64,000 bases of DNA from Leucoraja ocellata (GCA_036785375.1 JAWMAR010000131.1:558001-622000); one strand, 5' to 3'; shown: positions 24,701-37,859, numbered from the stretch's first letter. Notes: generated by a model from the sequence alone, not told the origin. Numbers and translations are program-made.

Positions 24701-26199
24701 ACGAAGTTTGTCAAAAAATAACTTTGCAATCTTCGTTAAAAGAACCAGATAGCAGAGCAGACAACATTCACAGTCGGTATTATTTGTTATTTACCTGTTT
24801 TATCAGAGATTTAGTGATAGGAATAAAAACAGGGATCCCTGCGAACAATTTGCAAGCAAAACAGCTCCTCACATTAATAAAAATCTTGGTGCCAATAAAA
24901 ATCCTCAGTCACACTAATAGCTGGAAGCATGTGACTGAAATATCTATCTGCAGTGTTTGATCAGTGCAGAACAGCTGCTCACTGCCTCACCATTCCTACA
25001 TTTATCACTTCAACCTCTTACCTGGTAATCCTTTAGCAGGTTTGGAAAGCCATTATAATTCATCATTTTTAATTAGATATTCCCAAATCATACAAAAATG
25101 TCCTCTAACTACTTCACTTGGCAGGTTATCTGTAAGCATCTGATTGCTTGCTTTATATTTGGAAAACTTTGTACAATGGCCACATCAAATTGATAGTACA
25201 ATGTTAGGTCAGAAGCAGTCACATGCACTCCCCCCACTGACAGCCCCCAGCTGTGAAGCTTTAAGTCCCTGGTAATGTTCTCACCCACTTCTCCCACGTC
25301 CCCAAGGTGCCTGTTGGAGCCAGCAAAAACATGAGAGTTTCTGTCTTACAGGCCTCTAACTAACTGATCGGTGGCTTACTCTGACTGAAAAATATGGAGA
25401 ATAGTGCCGAGAGATTGCAGGTCTCTATTCAAGGTTGCCTGACTACATGACATTAATTTCAAACTGCATTAACTGGACACTCTGAATCCAAATGTTCAGC
25501 TTATTATAAACTTAGGATGTTGCAAGTTTGTAATATGCAACCATCGCAGATGTTTATATACAAGGACCACCTAAAATCTGTATTTACTTGATATGGGTCA
25601 AATGGATTATTATCCAGAAATGTATTCTCAGTCAGTGATACTAAAAGCAGCTGTTTGCTGTTTGCATTCTGCTTCTGACTTCAATGGAACTGAGTGTAAA
25701 AGGGGAGTGATATTTTCAGCTGCTGGCATCTTAACACATTTTGCACTACTGATTGGAGGTAATTTTTTTAAAGCATTTTAAATCGCAAGAACATTAGAAG
25801 CAAGAGCAGGAGAAGGCCAATCAGCCCCTTGAGCCTGTTCATGGCTGATCCAATCTTTCCCAAGCCACTTGACTCCCATGTAGTTTAAATGCCTTTTAAT
25901 CTTAGTGGTAAATATCAGCAGCGACTGCCTCCACTGATGTCTGGGGTAAGACAGGTGGAAGATAACCTTTAGAAAAGACATGAGGAGATGAATGTAATGC
26001 TAAGTGTCTTTTTAATAACACAGCCCAATAATAAAAAAAACACAGCCATAGAGCCACAACATGGAGCAGGCTCTGTGTGAGTTTTTGCCTCCAATGAAGT
26101 AACCAGTCACAGTAGTACTACACTGATCCCAATTTTATTCTCTCAGCATTTCCATCAACTCCCCTCTCCCACAACCGCCACCCCCCTCTCCATTGGTCC

Positions 26200-26680
26200 C
26201 TCTCAATTCTACTACTAATCACCTACACACGTGGGGCAATTTACAGCTGCTAATTAATCGACCAACCCGTGTGTTTTTGTGATGTGGGAGGAAGCCACAG
26301 CACCCAGGGGAAATCCACGCAGTCACTTGGAGAACGTGCAAATGCCGGAGATTGGAGGTGGACAGGATTGAGCTGTGATTGTTGGAGTTCCATTATTCCT
26401 GCCACTCTGTTGCCCCTTCTCAGAAAAGTTCAATCAATCCCGTTCCCCGGTTTGTTTTCGTGCAATCTAATCCTTCTCACGTGCACCTTAACTGCCACCC
26501 GACTCGCTCACCCACCTCTCACCTTCACACCATTAACCACCCGGCCAGCATCTCTCTTGAAATGTGGGAGGAAACCAACATTGTCACAGGGACAAAGTGC
26601 AAACGCCACAAAAGCAACACCAGGGGTCAGGATCGGACCCAGGTCGCTGGAGCTGTGAAACAGCAGCCCATTCTGCCACC
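26200..26680 (-). mobile_element. Degraded HE1/V-SINE-type copies
   Basis: ggggcaatttacag…tgtgggaggaaacc…gtgcaaac…ggtcgctggagctgtgaaacagcag. Confidence 0.65.
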
Positions 26681-29600
26681 CTTGGATTGGTGCATTAAAA
26701 CCACTTTTATAACAGAGAGCTGGAACAGATAGAGACACATCAATCTTTACACAAGCAGCTCCCGATAACACAGTAGAATGTAATAACAGGGAGACCACCT
26801 TCTCAGTGAAAGACTTAAAATCTAAAGACTTAATACTTCTGCCTTGTGGCTATCCTAGTGATCACTATTATGTCCTATTTTATTGAACAAGAGTCCTGTA
26901 GAGTTTCCTTGATGAATTAGGTTAATGTGTGTGTGGCATACAGAGAGAGGAGGAGGGAGAGGCAATTGTCTTTAATTGAAGGATTAAAAAAAAAATCTTT
27001 ATCCGATTCTCCTTAGATTTTATATTGCTCTTCCTACAATTAATTTTGATTAAATTTGTACTTTTGCAAGGGTATTGTGCTTTATACTCCCTCCATCTAC
27101 TAGTATTCCAGATTAATTTGATGCCCGACCTGAGAACCATTCTTTACGATCTGCCAAGTCTGACTGGTCCTATCCTGTAAAGAGTTAATGCCATGAGTTT
27201 GCCTCTGATTGAATCATGCTGGCAATCCATTGTTGTGCAGCGCTCTCCTTCATTTGCTGTTTTTTCCTTCCATCCATCCAGTTTAATTGGGCAGTGTATA
27301 TAATTTTCAGCTCCACCATCGAACCTCCACAGAGTCTAGATGCCTCTTTACGTCTGAAGGTTATGTGATGCTGTGTGACCACGCTCAATAACAATTCAAT
27401 AAAATCAGTCATCACCGAAAATTCTGGAGCCACAAATCTCATTTTGCTTTTAATACAACTGACTACTGGCACATTTATTATTATATTTCTGGTGTGGAAA
27501 TTATCTCCTTATCCTGTATAATGCAGAGTGGTTAGAGTCCTTAGGGGGCAGAGAAAACCTTGTCCACTGGTGAAGATCAAGGCAGGCAGACAGCAGATGG
27601 ATTTGATTGTTCTGTGTCTTGTGTAGACCTGGGGAGTAGACTTGGGAGGTTAGACATAGAGAAACGAGCGCAGGAGAAGCTCATGGTGGGTTGTGACTGA
27701 ATGATGCCTGACAGGAAAGCCTTTCAGTCTTTTGTATTACAAAATAAATTCTGTAGCCCTCTTAAACCCAGCATAAAAAATCTGTCATTCACCTCCCAGG
27801 GACTGCGTCATTCAAACTCGAGTTGGACATAATAGCAAAATTGCTTTTCTCAAGGCATGCACAGCCAGGTTCAGAATACAAAAGTATCACGCTTTGGGGA
27901 GAAGGGGAAAAAAAAGAGAGAAAATGAAGTTTCAGAAATGTCATTCTGAGGTAATGAGGCGTGGGCAGAAAGTATACCCCGCGCATCATTTGATAGAGAT
28001 GCTGGTCGAAATAGCTTCATTGATGTGTCAGCTCTCGTCTATCAATCAATCATCCATTACACTTTGCAAGTAACAATAACTGCAAAAGCTACAGGGCAGC
28101 TTATACAGTAGAATTCACTTATGGGTATAAAAAACAGCAGTTAAAATGCAGTTTTGACATGAAAAGCATGAAGCAGGTGATTTTTTTCCCTTTATGGCAG
28201 GAGGGAAAGATGCTCTAGACCAAGAAGCTCGTTTGGTGTTATGGTCATGGTTTGACTTTATTTAATGTTGCATCCAGATTCGGAAAGGAAAGTTGGTTCA
28301 CTCCTTTTATCTTTAGCACCACACATCGAGAAACGAGTCAAGCAGGAAAGAAGGCCGCACTTCGCCAAACACCTCGTTTGTACACAGAAATGAGGAATTA
28401 AAATTATATCATCGATAATCAATTTTCCAAAGTGACATACAGCTCCTCTATTGACCCAGAGCTGCACAGTGAACAGCTTTTTGCTTTGGATTCCATATGT
28501 TCTGTTGTTTTGCAAATCTCTTTGCAGTGTGCCAACTTGAGGGCAGTATTTTGATTCTTTTTTTTGGATCTGGCTCGCCTCCAACGTAGATTAAAATTAT
28601 TAATGTTTTACTTTAGGAATCCTTTTGATTATGGTTATCCATCATTTTTTTTGTAAAACAGAGAATGATATTTCAACAAAACCTGCTAAGCAACAATTTT
28701 TAAACATGTGTTTTGAAGGTAATTGCCTCCTGGATTTGCCGTCACCAAAATATGCAATTTTCTTTCAATTCAGATGCGAAGCTATTGTTAAATTAAAATC
28801 TTCAACTTGCGAGTCATCAAATCATACTGACAGCAAGCTTCTGTTTAAAGTCATGCCTATGGCTAGAGGCACTAAGAGAACCAGTTAGTCCTGTTCTTCA
28901 CTCTTATGTCTGTGCTCTGATGCCCATTCTAATTGCTGGCAGGTCAGACAGCAAATAAAATTTGATGCATGCCAGCAAAGATTGTATCTCTATGTCCACA
29001 TTTGGATGTAAAAAGCTACGTTTGTTGAAAGGATAAGATGCACTTGGCAAATATATCCAGATCACAGATTTACGTCTGTGTTGCTGTTTCAAACAAATAG
29101 CATTTACAGCAAGGGGCACTAACAATGAGAATCACATCTTCATATCTTGCGATGACTAATCAGTGGCAATTTGAGAACGCCAATGTGTTGAAGTTAGTCT
29201 ATTGAATTTAATTTGGTAGTGTTTGATCTTTTCTCTTAAATTCCTTTCTCTCTCGTGCAAATGGCTGAAGTAAGAATTTGAATAGGGCAAGACTTCCTGC
29301 AGAACAATAAAAAGCCAAATGGCCAACATCATTCTGTGTTGGTGTTAAACCTGCATTACAATTGTCTAGCTCTGTTATTTTAAAAAGTTTAATTAGTAAG
29401 TAACGTTACATTCCCACGACCAAAGTATTTATCCAGTCACATCCGGTGTCACAATATTGCAAGATGAATGCACTATTACATGACAAGGAGTAAAGCATGT
29501 TTGGATTTCATTATTAGCAAACGATAATGTTCACCCCATTAATTTTGACCTGTTACTGGTGTATGGATGTTATCAGGACATTCTAAAGATGCCCTGGGAA

Positions 29601-30993
29601 GGAATGATCATTGCAGTGGCATAAATCTCAGTGGAAATGAGTGTATCCCAATTGATTTCAGTTTGTGAAGCTCTGGACTGGAATCTGAATTGCAGCCAAC
29701 AAAAATACACAGCTCGTCATATTAACTAGTGCCGAATAGTTTTGATTCCCAGTAAGAGTAGATCTGCATATGTAAAGGCTCAGATGTTTGACAACACTTG
29801 CAAGGACATACAGCCAAATAAAAAGAAGTAATCACACAGCTGCCAGAGCAGCAAACATCCACAAGTCCTTCATTGAAACAGAATAAAAATTAAATAGAAA
29901 ATCAAATCATGGAAAATAAGTAAATGCCCGTCCCCTAAAATTGGATAGATTACAAAAACATGAGATCCATGTTTCATTATTAAATTGTAATATTCATTCA
30001 AATTGTTAGATTTTAATTAGATGAAGATAAGGGATAGGGTTTATTTTCAGGATAATTAAAATAGCTATAACCAGACAGAGAGAGAACAATTAGAATAATG
30101 GTACACAGCAGTATCCTACAAGTGCTGGACTATGTACTGCTATCTGGAAAGTGACCAAACACTTTGCAAACTTGGTACTCAAAATTAGAGTTAACCACCA
30201 CAAAGAACAGCTGATATAAGTCTTCTAATATAATTTTCTTGCTAAAAAGCAGTAACATGGAGAGTATAGATTAAATATATCTTTAGAAATGGAAAATGAA
30301 GTGACCCAATTAGCAATGCAAAGACTACCATTAGGGTGTCATTCACATGACGTTGCCACAGTAGTGTTATGTATTTTTTTAACCCTTGCATAATTAGCAG
30401 CTTGTGTTAACATTCCTTAAACTGAACTTCCATCCACATATTGCACCTGGTACAGGCCTGTCACAGCAGTAATAAAATCAAATCAGCGTGGTGTTTCAGA
30501 TAAATTTGGGGAAAACAGCAGGATTGATCTTTTTTTCTTTACACAATGAATGAATTTCATACCGGTGTGTCATCTTTTGAAAATGAAGGAGAACTAGAGT
30601 GCTGTAAACATTTGTCTGAACACACTAAAAATAACAAGGACTTGCAGCAAACAACAAACAAAAGCTCGTAGCTAAGTATCGATTCCAGACAACTAGAACC
30701 TTGTATTATACTAGTTGCTTTTCCACAGATACAACGGGGCAATAAAATGGTTAAATCCGAGTACTCTACATAACTGTGCTGTTTATGTAAAAAATAACCA
30801 GAGATATTCAAGATGGCTGACACCAGTAGTCCTCTGGTTACTTCATGTACCCTTATAGTTTACTCAAGTCTAAATATAGCCTGCTAATACTTATTCAGAC
30901 ATTTTATAACTCAAGTGCATGTTGTATATAAATATTCTTACCTTCATTTTTTTTAAACTTCCAGTTGTATACTTACTTGAAGCTCAAAGACTT

Positions 30994-31052
30994 GGGTGGA
31001 TTGGGTTTGGCGGGGTGGGGGAGGGGTAACATGGGCGCGGGGGGGGCGTGGG
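30994..31052 (+). other. G-rich tract with G-quadruplex potential
   Basis: At least 7 runs of GGG or longer within ~60 nt. Confidence 0.6.
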
Positions 31053-32190
31053 AAGTTGCATTGTTTAAGAATACATTAGAGAAGTTAGAAGAAACTGCAC
31101 TTCAATTTTTATTATGAAGACATGAAGCACTGTAAATACATGTAAAATATTCAACCCAAAGTAACTGTTAGGGTCTATGTTTTCATGTTGTATTGGTTGT
31201 TCTTTTGAAAAGATGTTCCACTTTTTTTGGTACAGATTATTTATCTGCTAAATGCTGTTTTGTCTTCTGGCTTTCAGCTTTTGAGCAGTTTAAATATCAC
31301 AGAAAGATTTGGCTGTTTTCTAATATGGCACTAGTCACAACAAAACTAGCCAAAATCAAGTCACCTTACTCTGAAGTGCTGTTTAACAGCATGTTTCTCC
31401 AACTGCATATATTGTCAATATTATTGATAGATAAAATCCCCTGATATGCCTCAGCAGAGTATCATGTAAATGTTTAGACTGCAGAGACAAACAAAGTAAG
31501 GTTTCTCGTGCTTTGATTTGATACTTATTTATTGAATCTTTTAATCAGTATATGAAAAAGACAACCAAGTAAATATAAGCTATTAAGTAGCAAAGCAACA
31601 TTGAACATTGAGGAAAAAAAAATGCCAGCCATATATTTATGCACTGACTTCCAAAATAAATGAAGTTTCCTTTGCATTTCCACCAAGCAATTATTATTAT
31701 TTTTTAAATAAAGTCCGTGAAATTATTTCCTGGCATTGAATAGAATTGTCCAAGATTATAGTCTTATATTGAATGAAAGTTCTTTGTCATTAAAGAAATG
31801 CAATTTTTGTTGTTTGAAATTATTCATGATCTGATTCTCACTGATGTATAATTTTGTGACAGACTGCCTTTTTGTTTTAGTACAGTGGTTCCTGTACTGT
31901 TTGTATTGAACTTAATTTGAAACTGCTTGTAGTGTTGATCCACCAGGGCACAAGCCATGAAAAAGCTTGTTTGTGTCAGACTGGGCTCTCCAATGATAAT
32001 GATAATGACCTATAATACAGAAAAAAAAAGTGGATATGTATAAAAAACAAACTGATGCACTTATTAAAGAGACTATTTATATGATTAAAAAATATATATT
32101 TAGATTTTTTCCAAGCACAACTCTGAACAAAAAGTGCTCTTTTTATTCTTTATGAAAATGAACTGTTTCTGATCTTTCTACATCAGGCTA

Positions 32191-32196
32191 AATAAA
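32191..32196 (+). promoter_or_regulatory. Candidate poly(A) signal of the + strand gene
   Basis: AATAAA followed ~25-45 nt later by a U/GU-rich element (ttgctttttgtgctttc). It ends a long AT-rich, repeat-poor, UTR-like stretch, and repeats resume immediately afterwards. Confidence 0.45.
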
Positions 32197-32499
32197 CTCT
32201 GTAAGGACATTTGAAGAAATTGCTTTTTGTGCTTTCATTGCATTACATTCAATATTATTGTGACTTCAATGACAAGGTTCATGTTTTATCCACACCTGCT
32301 CTTTGTCAGACTCAGCACTCAATCTGAGTTAACATCAGCCCAAGGTAGATGGTGTGAAAGTTGGGTTTAAAAGTTGTTATTGAGCCTCAGAAAGAGTAAA
32401 GAGGCTGGAATAATGTGAGGATTAAGCCCACAAAGATAAGCCATCACTGGTGGGACAAAGTAAATTGGCTGTACGTAAATGGCCAGATATGAAGGGTTG

Positions 32500-32885
32500 A
32501 GCAGGCAGGGACTCTATTCCCTGGAACGCAGGAGGAAGAGGGGTGATCTTATAGAGGTGTATAAAATCATGAGATGAATAGATCGGGTGGACGCACAGAG
32601 TAGGGGAATCAAGAAGCAGAGGGTATAGGTTTAAGGTGGGGGGGTAATTTTACAGAAATCTGAGGGGTAACTTTTTCACACAAAGGGTGGTGGGTGTATG
32701 GAACGAGCTGCCGGAGGAGGCAGTCGAGGCAGGGACTATTGCAATGTTTAACAAGCAATTGGACAGGTACATGGATAGGACAGGTTTAGAGGGATATGGG
32801 CCAAACACAAGCAAGTGGGACGTGTAGATCGGTCAAATTGGTCGGTTGAGGTAAGTTGGGCCAAAGGGCATGTTTCCATGCTGTG
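32500..32885 (+). mobile_element. CR1/HER1-type LINE 3' fragment
   Basis: gaggggtgatcttatagaggtgtataaaatc…tttttcacacaaagggtggtgggtgtatggaacgagctgcc…gggccaaagggcatgtttccatgctg. Confidence 0.88.
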
Positions 32886-33221
32886 GCAATGAATACCAGT
32901 GAAGCTTTACAAAGTTAAAGGGAATGCCATATTTAGAAACTGAGGATGACAATTTTCAAATTGAACCATTGGTTGATGTGAAGCCAATGTTTGTCTGAGG
33001 GCACATGGGTGAATGAGGCTTGGACTTTGTTAGGCTGAAGCAAACAGAGTTTGGCTTGAGTTAGATTTATGGAGTAAAAGACTGGAATACTCAACCCTAT
33101 ACATTAAAAGACACATTTAAGTTTCAGAAATGGTCAACGAAAAATGATATAAAGAAGAAGAAGGTTCTGGTTCCCAATAATGTGTCCAAGTGTTTATTCA
33201 TGTTAATGAATATAATTTATA

Positions 33222-33660
33222 GACAAGAACTGCAGATGCTGGTTTACACTGAAGATAGATACAAAATGCTGGAGTAACTCAAAAGGACAGGCAACATCTC
33301 TGGAGAGAAGGAATGGTTGACTTTTTGGGTCGAGATCCTTCTTCAGATAATATCATTTACTGCTTTAAAGATAGTCTCCGTACTTTATTGCATTGGATCA
33401 CCAGTTGAGTGCCAATGCACTTCAATGACTTTGGTTCTTAATCCCCATCCACATGCATAGTAATTCCACAAAGGGTGATTGAACAATAACCAAGAGAATG
33501 AACCCAAATGTCAGAAGAACTGCAGAAGCTGGTTTACACCAAAGATAGACACAAAATGCTGGAATAACTCAGCAAGACAGGCAGCATATATGGATAGAAG
33601 GAATGGGTGATGTTTCAGAATCTCGACCTACAAAAAGTCACCCATCCAGCGAAGCATCCA
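33222..33660. mobile_element. Two PLE terminal-repeat remnants
   Basis: gaactgcagatgctggtttacac…ctggagtaactc…gggtcgagatccttcttcag (33222-33348), and a second copy at 33515-33660. Confidence 0.75.
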
Positions 33661-34575
33661 GAGAATAAGCCTCCACTGCCTTCTGAGGCAGAAAATTCCA
33701 CAGATTCACAACTGGGTGAAAACGTTTTTCCTCATCTCCGTTCTAAATGGCCTACCCCTAATTCTGAAACGGTGGCCCTAATTCTGGATTCCCCCAACAT
33801 GGGGAACATGTTTCCTGCCTCTAGCGTATCCGATCCCTTAATAATCTTATATGTCTCAATAAGATTCCCTCTCATCCTTCTATACAAGCCCAGCCGCTCC
33901 ATTCTCTCAACATATGACAGTCCCGCCATCCCAGGAATTAACCTTGTGAACCTTCGCTGCACTAGCAAGAATGTCCTTCCTCAGATTTGGAGACCAAAAC
34001 TGCACACAATACTCCAGGTGTGGTCTCACTAGGGCCCTATACATCTGTACAAGGACCTCTGTTCCTATACACAACTCCTCTTGTTATGAAGGCCAACATG
34101 CCATGAACTTTCTTCATTGCGTGCTGTACCTGCATGCTTACTTTCAGTGACTGATGAACAAGGACCCCCAGATCTTGTTGTATTTCCCCTTTTCCCAACT
34201 TGACGCCATTCAGATAATAATCTGCCATCCTGTTTTTGCCACCAAAGTGGATAGCCTCACATTTATCCACATTAAACTGCATCTGCCATGCATCTGCTCA
34301 CTCACCCAACCTGTCCAAGTCACCCTGCATCCTCCTCACACTAGTGCGATACCCCACTAATCACTGCCTACCATTCTGAAAGGGTTAATCCCTACTCTTT
34401 GTTTACTGTCTGCCAACTAATTTTCTATCAATTTCAGTACCCTACAATACCATGTGCTCTAGTTTTGCCCACTAATCTCATATGTGGGATCTTATCAAAT
34501 GCTTTCTGAAAGTCCAGGTACATTACATCCACTGACTCACCCTTGTCCATTTTCCTAGTTAAATCCTCAAAAATG
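33660..34575 (-). mobile_element. CR1 ORF2 (reverse transcriptase to C-terminus) remnant with internal deletions
   Basis: 'FEDLTRKMDKGESVDVMYLDFQKAFDKIPH', 'MQFNVDKCEAIHFGGKN…DLGVLVHQSLKVSMQVQ', '[27 protein letters not shown]'. Confidence 0.93.
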
Positions 34576-34721
34576 CGTGTTCGGTCAAAGAGAGCAACTC
34601 CAATTGAAATTAGCAATTCAACACAGTCTAGAAAATAAAATAATGGACCTTTGAGTTAATACAGAGTGCCTTTACAAGGTAAGTTATCAGCTGAGTTTCC
34701 TGGGTGTGTTTTTCTGTTATA

Positions 34722-34925
34722 TGTACAGAAATGCTGGTTTACACCAAAGATGCTGGAATAACTCAACGGGCAGCAGCATCTCTGGAGAAAAGGACTAGGT
34801 GACGCTTCGGTTTGAAACCCTTCAGGTTTTCTAATAAATGGTCTCAACCTGGAAAGTCACCTATTCCTTTTCTCCAGAGATGCTGCCTGACCCGCTGAGT
34901 TACTCCAGCATTTATGCCTATCCTC
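34722..34925. mobile_element. PLE terminal-repeat inverted pair
   Basis: Head-to-head copies; flanks tgtttttctgttat / tgttttcatgttat. Confidence 0.8.
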
Positions 34926-35423
34926 TGTTTTCATGTTATTTCAGGTGGGAATGTTAATTTTATCACAGGGCCATTTTCAATCCAAACCAATCAGCAAAAT
35001 ATGGCAATGTTCAATTTGATCACGTGAAAGTTAAGACACAGATTACCGAGAACCACCTCCCACATTGCCCTGACATGGAGAAATAAAGCTTATACTTCTG
35101 CCAAGAAAATTTGTAAAATTCAGGTCTTTTCACATTCCTTACACTGACACTTTAAGATGATTTATGTTGGGCTGGGAAGATGGATTAACGCTTTAAGTAC
35201 TGTGCTGACACTCTAATGAGAATCTCGACTGTGTGCATAGTACTCCTGCAGAGAAACTTTCTGATTTATTATGGGGAAAGATATAGCATCATTATAAACA
35301 GCACTTGTGCTAAAATCCCATGAGGAATTTCTGATGCTATTAATGCTACACTTATGCATATTTCCTCAAATGTCATATAGTTAAAAGGCGTACATGGCAA
35401 CTATAACTGATTGTCTCCGAGAA

Positions 35424-35545
35424 TCTTCTTCTTAGGCAGTCCTATGGGATTGAGGATGACTTGCTTCCACTCTGGTTTTTCTGGATCCCGAGGTGGCTGA
35501 TGAGGTCAATGTGGAAACCGCAGACTGTTCATCTACATGGATGAT
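35424..35545 (-). mobile_element. RTE-clade LINE 3' end
   Basis: The reverse complement reads …ctcatcagccacctc…gaagcaagtcatcctcaatcccataggactgcctaagaagaaga, i.e. an 'LISHL' C-terminus and an (AAG)n tail. Confidence 0.6.
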
Positions 35546-35747
35546 GAGAAGTTATTTGGTCACTGAGGTGCAGTGGTTAAGACGGACCCTGATGACTTTC
35601 CCTGTGCCAGACAGCAGGGGGACACCTCTGTAATAGTTGGCCACCCACTTTCTGGAAGATGGCGTTGACTGCAGCATTTCTGAAGTCCCAGGTTTATCTT
35701 CCACTTTCTAAATGTGGCTTTAATTAACATGAATATGTAACCGGATC

Positions 35748-36002
35748 TTAGTCTTTAGAGATACTGTGCGGAAACAGGCCCTTCGGCCCACCGAGTCCAC
35801 GCTGACCAGCGATACCCGCACTATCCCACACACTAGGGACAATATACAATTTTTACCAAAGGCAAATTAACCTACAAACCTGTACATATGTGGAGTGTGG
35901 AAGGTCACAGTGAGAACATACAAACTCCGCATCCATAGTCCGGATCGAACCCTGTTCTCTTTCACTGTAAGGCAGCAACTTCACCGCTGCACCATTGTGC
36001 CA
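35748..36002 (-). mobile_element. HE1/V-SINE-type SINE
   Basis: Same family as 2763-3081. Confidence 0.8.
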
Positions 36003-36139
36003 TCCCTTCACCACTCTTCGGGAGACTGTCTGCTCTGGAGATTTTTTTTTTTTTTTTTTTTAAATTGGCTGAAACATTGATCCAGCAAATAAATAGACAA
36101 CGTCTGTCAGTCGGAGGCCCTCTCTCTAGTCAAGGGCCC

Positions 36140-36500
36140 TTAAGGACCGTTGTCTTAGTCTTCCACTCCACCAGCCTCCACATCCAACAGATCATCTCCA
36201 TTATCCACCATCTCCAACAGGACTCCACAGCGCACATCTTCATCTCTGCCCCCAGCCCCTCCTCTTTCAGCATTTCAAATGGACCACTCTCTCTTGCCCA
36301 CTCTTCTATGCCATGAACTATAGACCTTCTTCTGACACTTTGCCATGTGCAGGACATGTGATCATGGGTCTGAAGAAGGGTCTCGACCCAAAAAACGTCA
36401 CCCATTCCTTCTCTCCAGAGATGCTGCCTGTCCACGCTGACTCCAGCTTTTTGTGTCTATCTAACCGGTTTACACCAGCATCTGCAGTTCCATCTTACAC
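36140..36500 (+). mobile_element. Penelope-like ORF fragment joined to a terminal repeat with a hammerhead fold
   Basis: 'VLVFHSTSLHIQQII…HLQQDST.HIF' resembles the PLE linker (PLVLTFHPTSL.IQ.II…); followed by atgggt-ctgaaga-agggtctcgaccc-aaaaaac-gtc-acccat. Confidence 0.85.
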
Positions 36501-36834
36501 ATACATTGACTGACTTCTCTGCAGGACGCCTCCATTTAATCCGCAGTCCACCATCTCTGCCCCCTCTGCAGGACACCTCCATTCTGTGTCTCCACTCTCC
36601 TGCCATTGTCATTCTGTCTATGCACAACATAACCCCCAGAGTTCCATATAGAATTCAGCAACATTTGAGTCGATATGTTCCTGCCTCTTGGTGCCAGAGT
36701 TTAAAGTATTTGTTACTTTGACGGCTTTGGTCTTTCACCTCTGATGCTGCAACTTAAATGACATTATTCTGTCACTCAACCAGTTCTGATGAAGTGTCGT
36801 CAATCGGAAGCAATGATTCTGGTTCTGTTTCCAT

Positions 36835-37000
36835 GAGGTAACTTTTTCACGCCAAGGGTGGTGGGTGTATAGAATGAGCTGCCGGAGGACTTGGTTGAGG
36901 CAGCGACTATCTCAACGTTTAAGAAACATTTAGACAGGTACATGGATAGGACAGGTTTCGAGGGATATGGACCAAATGCAGACATGTGGGACAAGTGTAA
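36835..37000 (+). mobile_element. CR1 3' fragment
   Basis: 'VEAATISTFKKHLDRYMDRTGFEGYGPNA'. Confidence 0.85.
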
Positions 37001-37712
37001 TGGGTCAGATAGCATCTCAGGAGAATACAGGTGGGCAACATTTTGGGTCTTGACTCTTTTTCAGACTGGTTGTAAAGGGAGAGGGGGGGAGGAAAGAAAG
37101 CTGGAAGAGGGGAGGGACAGGTAGGTAGGCCAACAGGCGAGGAGGGATATTTGATAAGGTAGATGGTTTTTAATAAATGGATTAAATAATTGCAAAGAAT
37201 TGTGAAGCCTGAGGAGGGAATGTAGGTGGAAGGGGAGAAAAAATGTTCAGGTCTAGGTGGGTTACAGGGGAGGGGGTGCAGAGGGAATGGGGGGGAGAGT
37301 GTATGGAGGTAGCAGTGAGAAGGGAGAGTGTCATGTTGTTACCTAAAGTTGGAAAATTCAATGCGCATACTATTGTGTTGTGAGCTACCCAAGTGGAAAA
37401 TGACCTGTTGTTCCACCAAACCTCACTCTAGCATTGGAAGAGCCTCAGGACTGAAAGGTTAGCTTGGGAATGAGAAGTGGAGTTAAAATGGTTAGCAACC
37501 GCTGGGAGATCCTCCAGGCTTGTCTACCAAGTGCAAGTGGTTGACAAAACCATCACTGAGACTACGTTCGATCTTTCCAATGTACAGGACGTCACGTGAT
37601 GCAGTTGATGAGGTTAGAGGAGGTAGACGTGAAGTTCCGTCTCAGCTGGAAGGATTGCTGGGATCCCCTGGATGGAGGTGATGGAGGCGGCATAGGGACT
37701 GGGACAATTGCC
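37000..37712 (-). mobile_element. Penelope-like element: GIY-YIG endonuclease C-terminus, 3'UTR and terminal repeat (degraded)
   Basis: Frameshifted translation 'RNFTSTSSNLINCI…LYIGKIERSLSDGFVNHL…VANHFNSTSHSQANLSV…IFHLGSSQHNSMRIEFSNFR*'. Confidence 0.85.
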
Positions 37713-37859
37713 TCAACAAAATTTGAAAGAGACAAATCCACCTCCTCATGTAGATGGAAGGAGAAAAGTTAATTGCAATTTACTCTGCACAATTGGACTA
37801 TTCTATCTCCTCCACTTTGCAGAAATACTTGAATGACTTCAAAGTGTTGTAGTATTAAT

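Noticed and set aside
28258-28584. 108-aa minus-strand ORF
   Set aside because: No homology recognised and a non-ATG start; more likely conserved non-coding/UTR sequence.
31940-31955. CTCF-like ccaccagggcac (also tcaccagagggtga at ~1659)
   Set aside because: Only partial consensus matches, expected by chance.
35495-35525. ctgatgag…gaaac, which resembles a hammerhead core
   Set aside because: No proper stem II or cleavage triplet; it is the antisense of an RTE LINE C-terminus.
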